The position numbers were made by a program, and so were the translations under genes. The notes below the pieces were generated by a model. The model had not been told where the DNA came from and did not search any database. It saw nothing but the letters and a program-made list of their open reading frames with translations. Of a stretch of DNA of 64,000 nt, positions 62,658-64,000 are shown piece by piece (position 1 is the first letter of the stretch; each line of letters opens with the position of its first letter). The stretch is taken from contig OZ024740.1 of the NCBI GenBank assembly GCA_964016885.1, positions 144,894,001-144,958,000 of the forward strand, in the 5' to 3' direction. This DNA comes from Eledone cirrhosa (lineage: Eukaryota).

Positions 62658-63474
62658 GTGTGTGTATAAAGGTATATTGACCTATGTATATTTCCTATCT
62701 ACGCATTTACCTGTTATTTTTTGCAGGTGGGGTGACCATATAGAGGTTCCCTCTCATTGGCTTATCAATGTTGCCTTTGATGTTGCTGCTGCTACATGAC
62801 GTTGCTATTCTATGCCAGACACTCTGAATGTTTGTCTGTCTATCTGTCTGACTGTCTACTTGTATTAACTTTCCAACATTTGATGAAGATTCCACACAAT
62901 CAATTTGGTATCTTTTTAGCAAAACCGTTCACTCTACTTTCCAATCAATCAACACACAGGCAGGAGACCACGTGACCACAGGTTGAACTGTAGTGTGTGT
63001 GTGTGTGTGTGTTTTCTTAATATGTGCTCGTGTCTGTATGTATCTATGAAAGAAAGATTACGTGCGTTAGTGTATCTAAGTGTGTATTTGTAAAATAAGC
63101 CCACAGAAGATGTGTGTTTGCGTATGTATGGAGAGAGGGAAAAGAATGAAAGAGAAAGCGGAGAGTGACTGTCTGTATGTAAAGGCATTTATTTATGTAA
63201 ATATGTATCTATTCAAGTTTTCATGCACGAATCAATATAGATATGTATGTACGTATCTTATGTAGGATGAAGGCGCATGGCTTAGCGGTTAGAGTGTTCG
63301 GCTCGCTAGAGTGAAGCTGTAAGTTCCACACATGACGGCTCGTTGTGTCCTTGAGCAAGTCGCGTTGTTCCAGTCCACTCAGCTCTGTCACGGTAAATCT
63401 CCCTGAGGAATATGTTAAGAGCACGTGTTTGTGGAACGCTCAGGCTGTTTCGTTGTTCGAAAAACTGTTCTATG

Positions 63475-63798
63475 TCCTCTCAGGTCTCGAATAATCGTGC
63501 CCCACCCCGTTTAAAATTTTTCAAATTTTTCCAAGCCCCCGCTCGTATTCCAACTCCCCCGCTTATCAAATTTTGCTATCTATCTCCGGCAAAATTTTAT
63601 TTTAAGTGGTAGTATTCCTTTAGACTTTAAAACGTTATATATGACAAAAAAGTACACTACAAGAAATCCCATTATAAAATAAATATGATGGTTGAGATCT
63701 CAATATATAAACTAAACGACTAATTCTGGTTTTTAAAAAAATCAAGGACAAACTAGAAAAATTACCCCCACCCCCCTATTATTTGGGATCTCAGAGTA
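63475..63798. mobile_element. MITE, same family as 49259-49671
   Basis: Shared internal sequence and TIR-like ends. Confidence 0.75.
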
Positions 63799-64000
63799 CT
63801 CGCGTGTTGTGTCTGTATGTGTATATATGTGTTTACATGTATGGTTACATATATATATGTATGCATGTATGTATATATAATTGTATATATGTAAGGAAGT
63901 GTGGTTAGGGTGTTCTGCTCGTGATCGTAAGGTTATGAGTTCGATTCTCGGCGGTGCATTGTCCTTGAGCAAGACACTTTATTTCACGTTGCTCCACTCA

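Overview
Eukaryotic, repeat-dominated window with no confidently identifiable host gene. The SINE families and dense microsatellites resemble octopus (coleoid cephalopod) DNA; this is an inference. Bases 1-25.7 kb are one G/T-rich satellite (mostly 49-bp units) with a ~10.7-kb higher-order structure, grading into an older GGTAT/GGT low-complexity flank. The rest is nested transposon debris: a full-length 4.2-kb decayed LTR retrotransposon (270-bp LTRs, CCGTA TSD), a near-full-length RTE LINE inserted in a Tx1/L1 LINE, Penelope GIY-YIG remnants, fragments of Tigger, mariner, hAT, CRE-like and R4/Dong-like elements, MITEs and tRNA-SINEs. Two observations stand out. (1) The LTR element has no canonical TGG primer-binding site; the 12 nt abutting its 5' LTR are instead complementary to nucleotides 1-12 of metazoan tRNA-Phe. 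(2) A ~515-bp non-coding element between two (TA)n tracts carries minimal hammerhead-ribozyme motifs on both strands around a central 40-bp hairpin. All counts and folds were done by eye.
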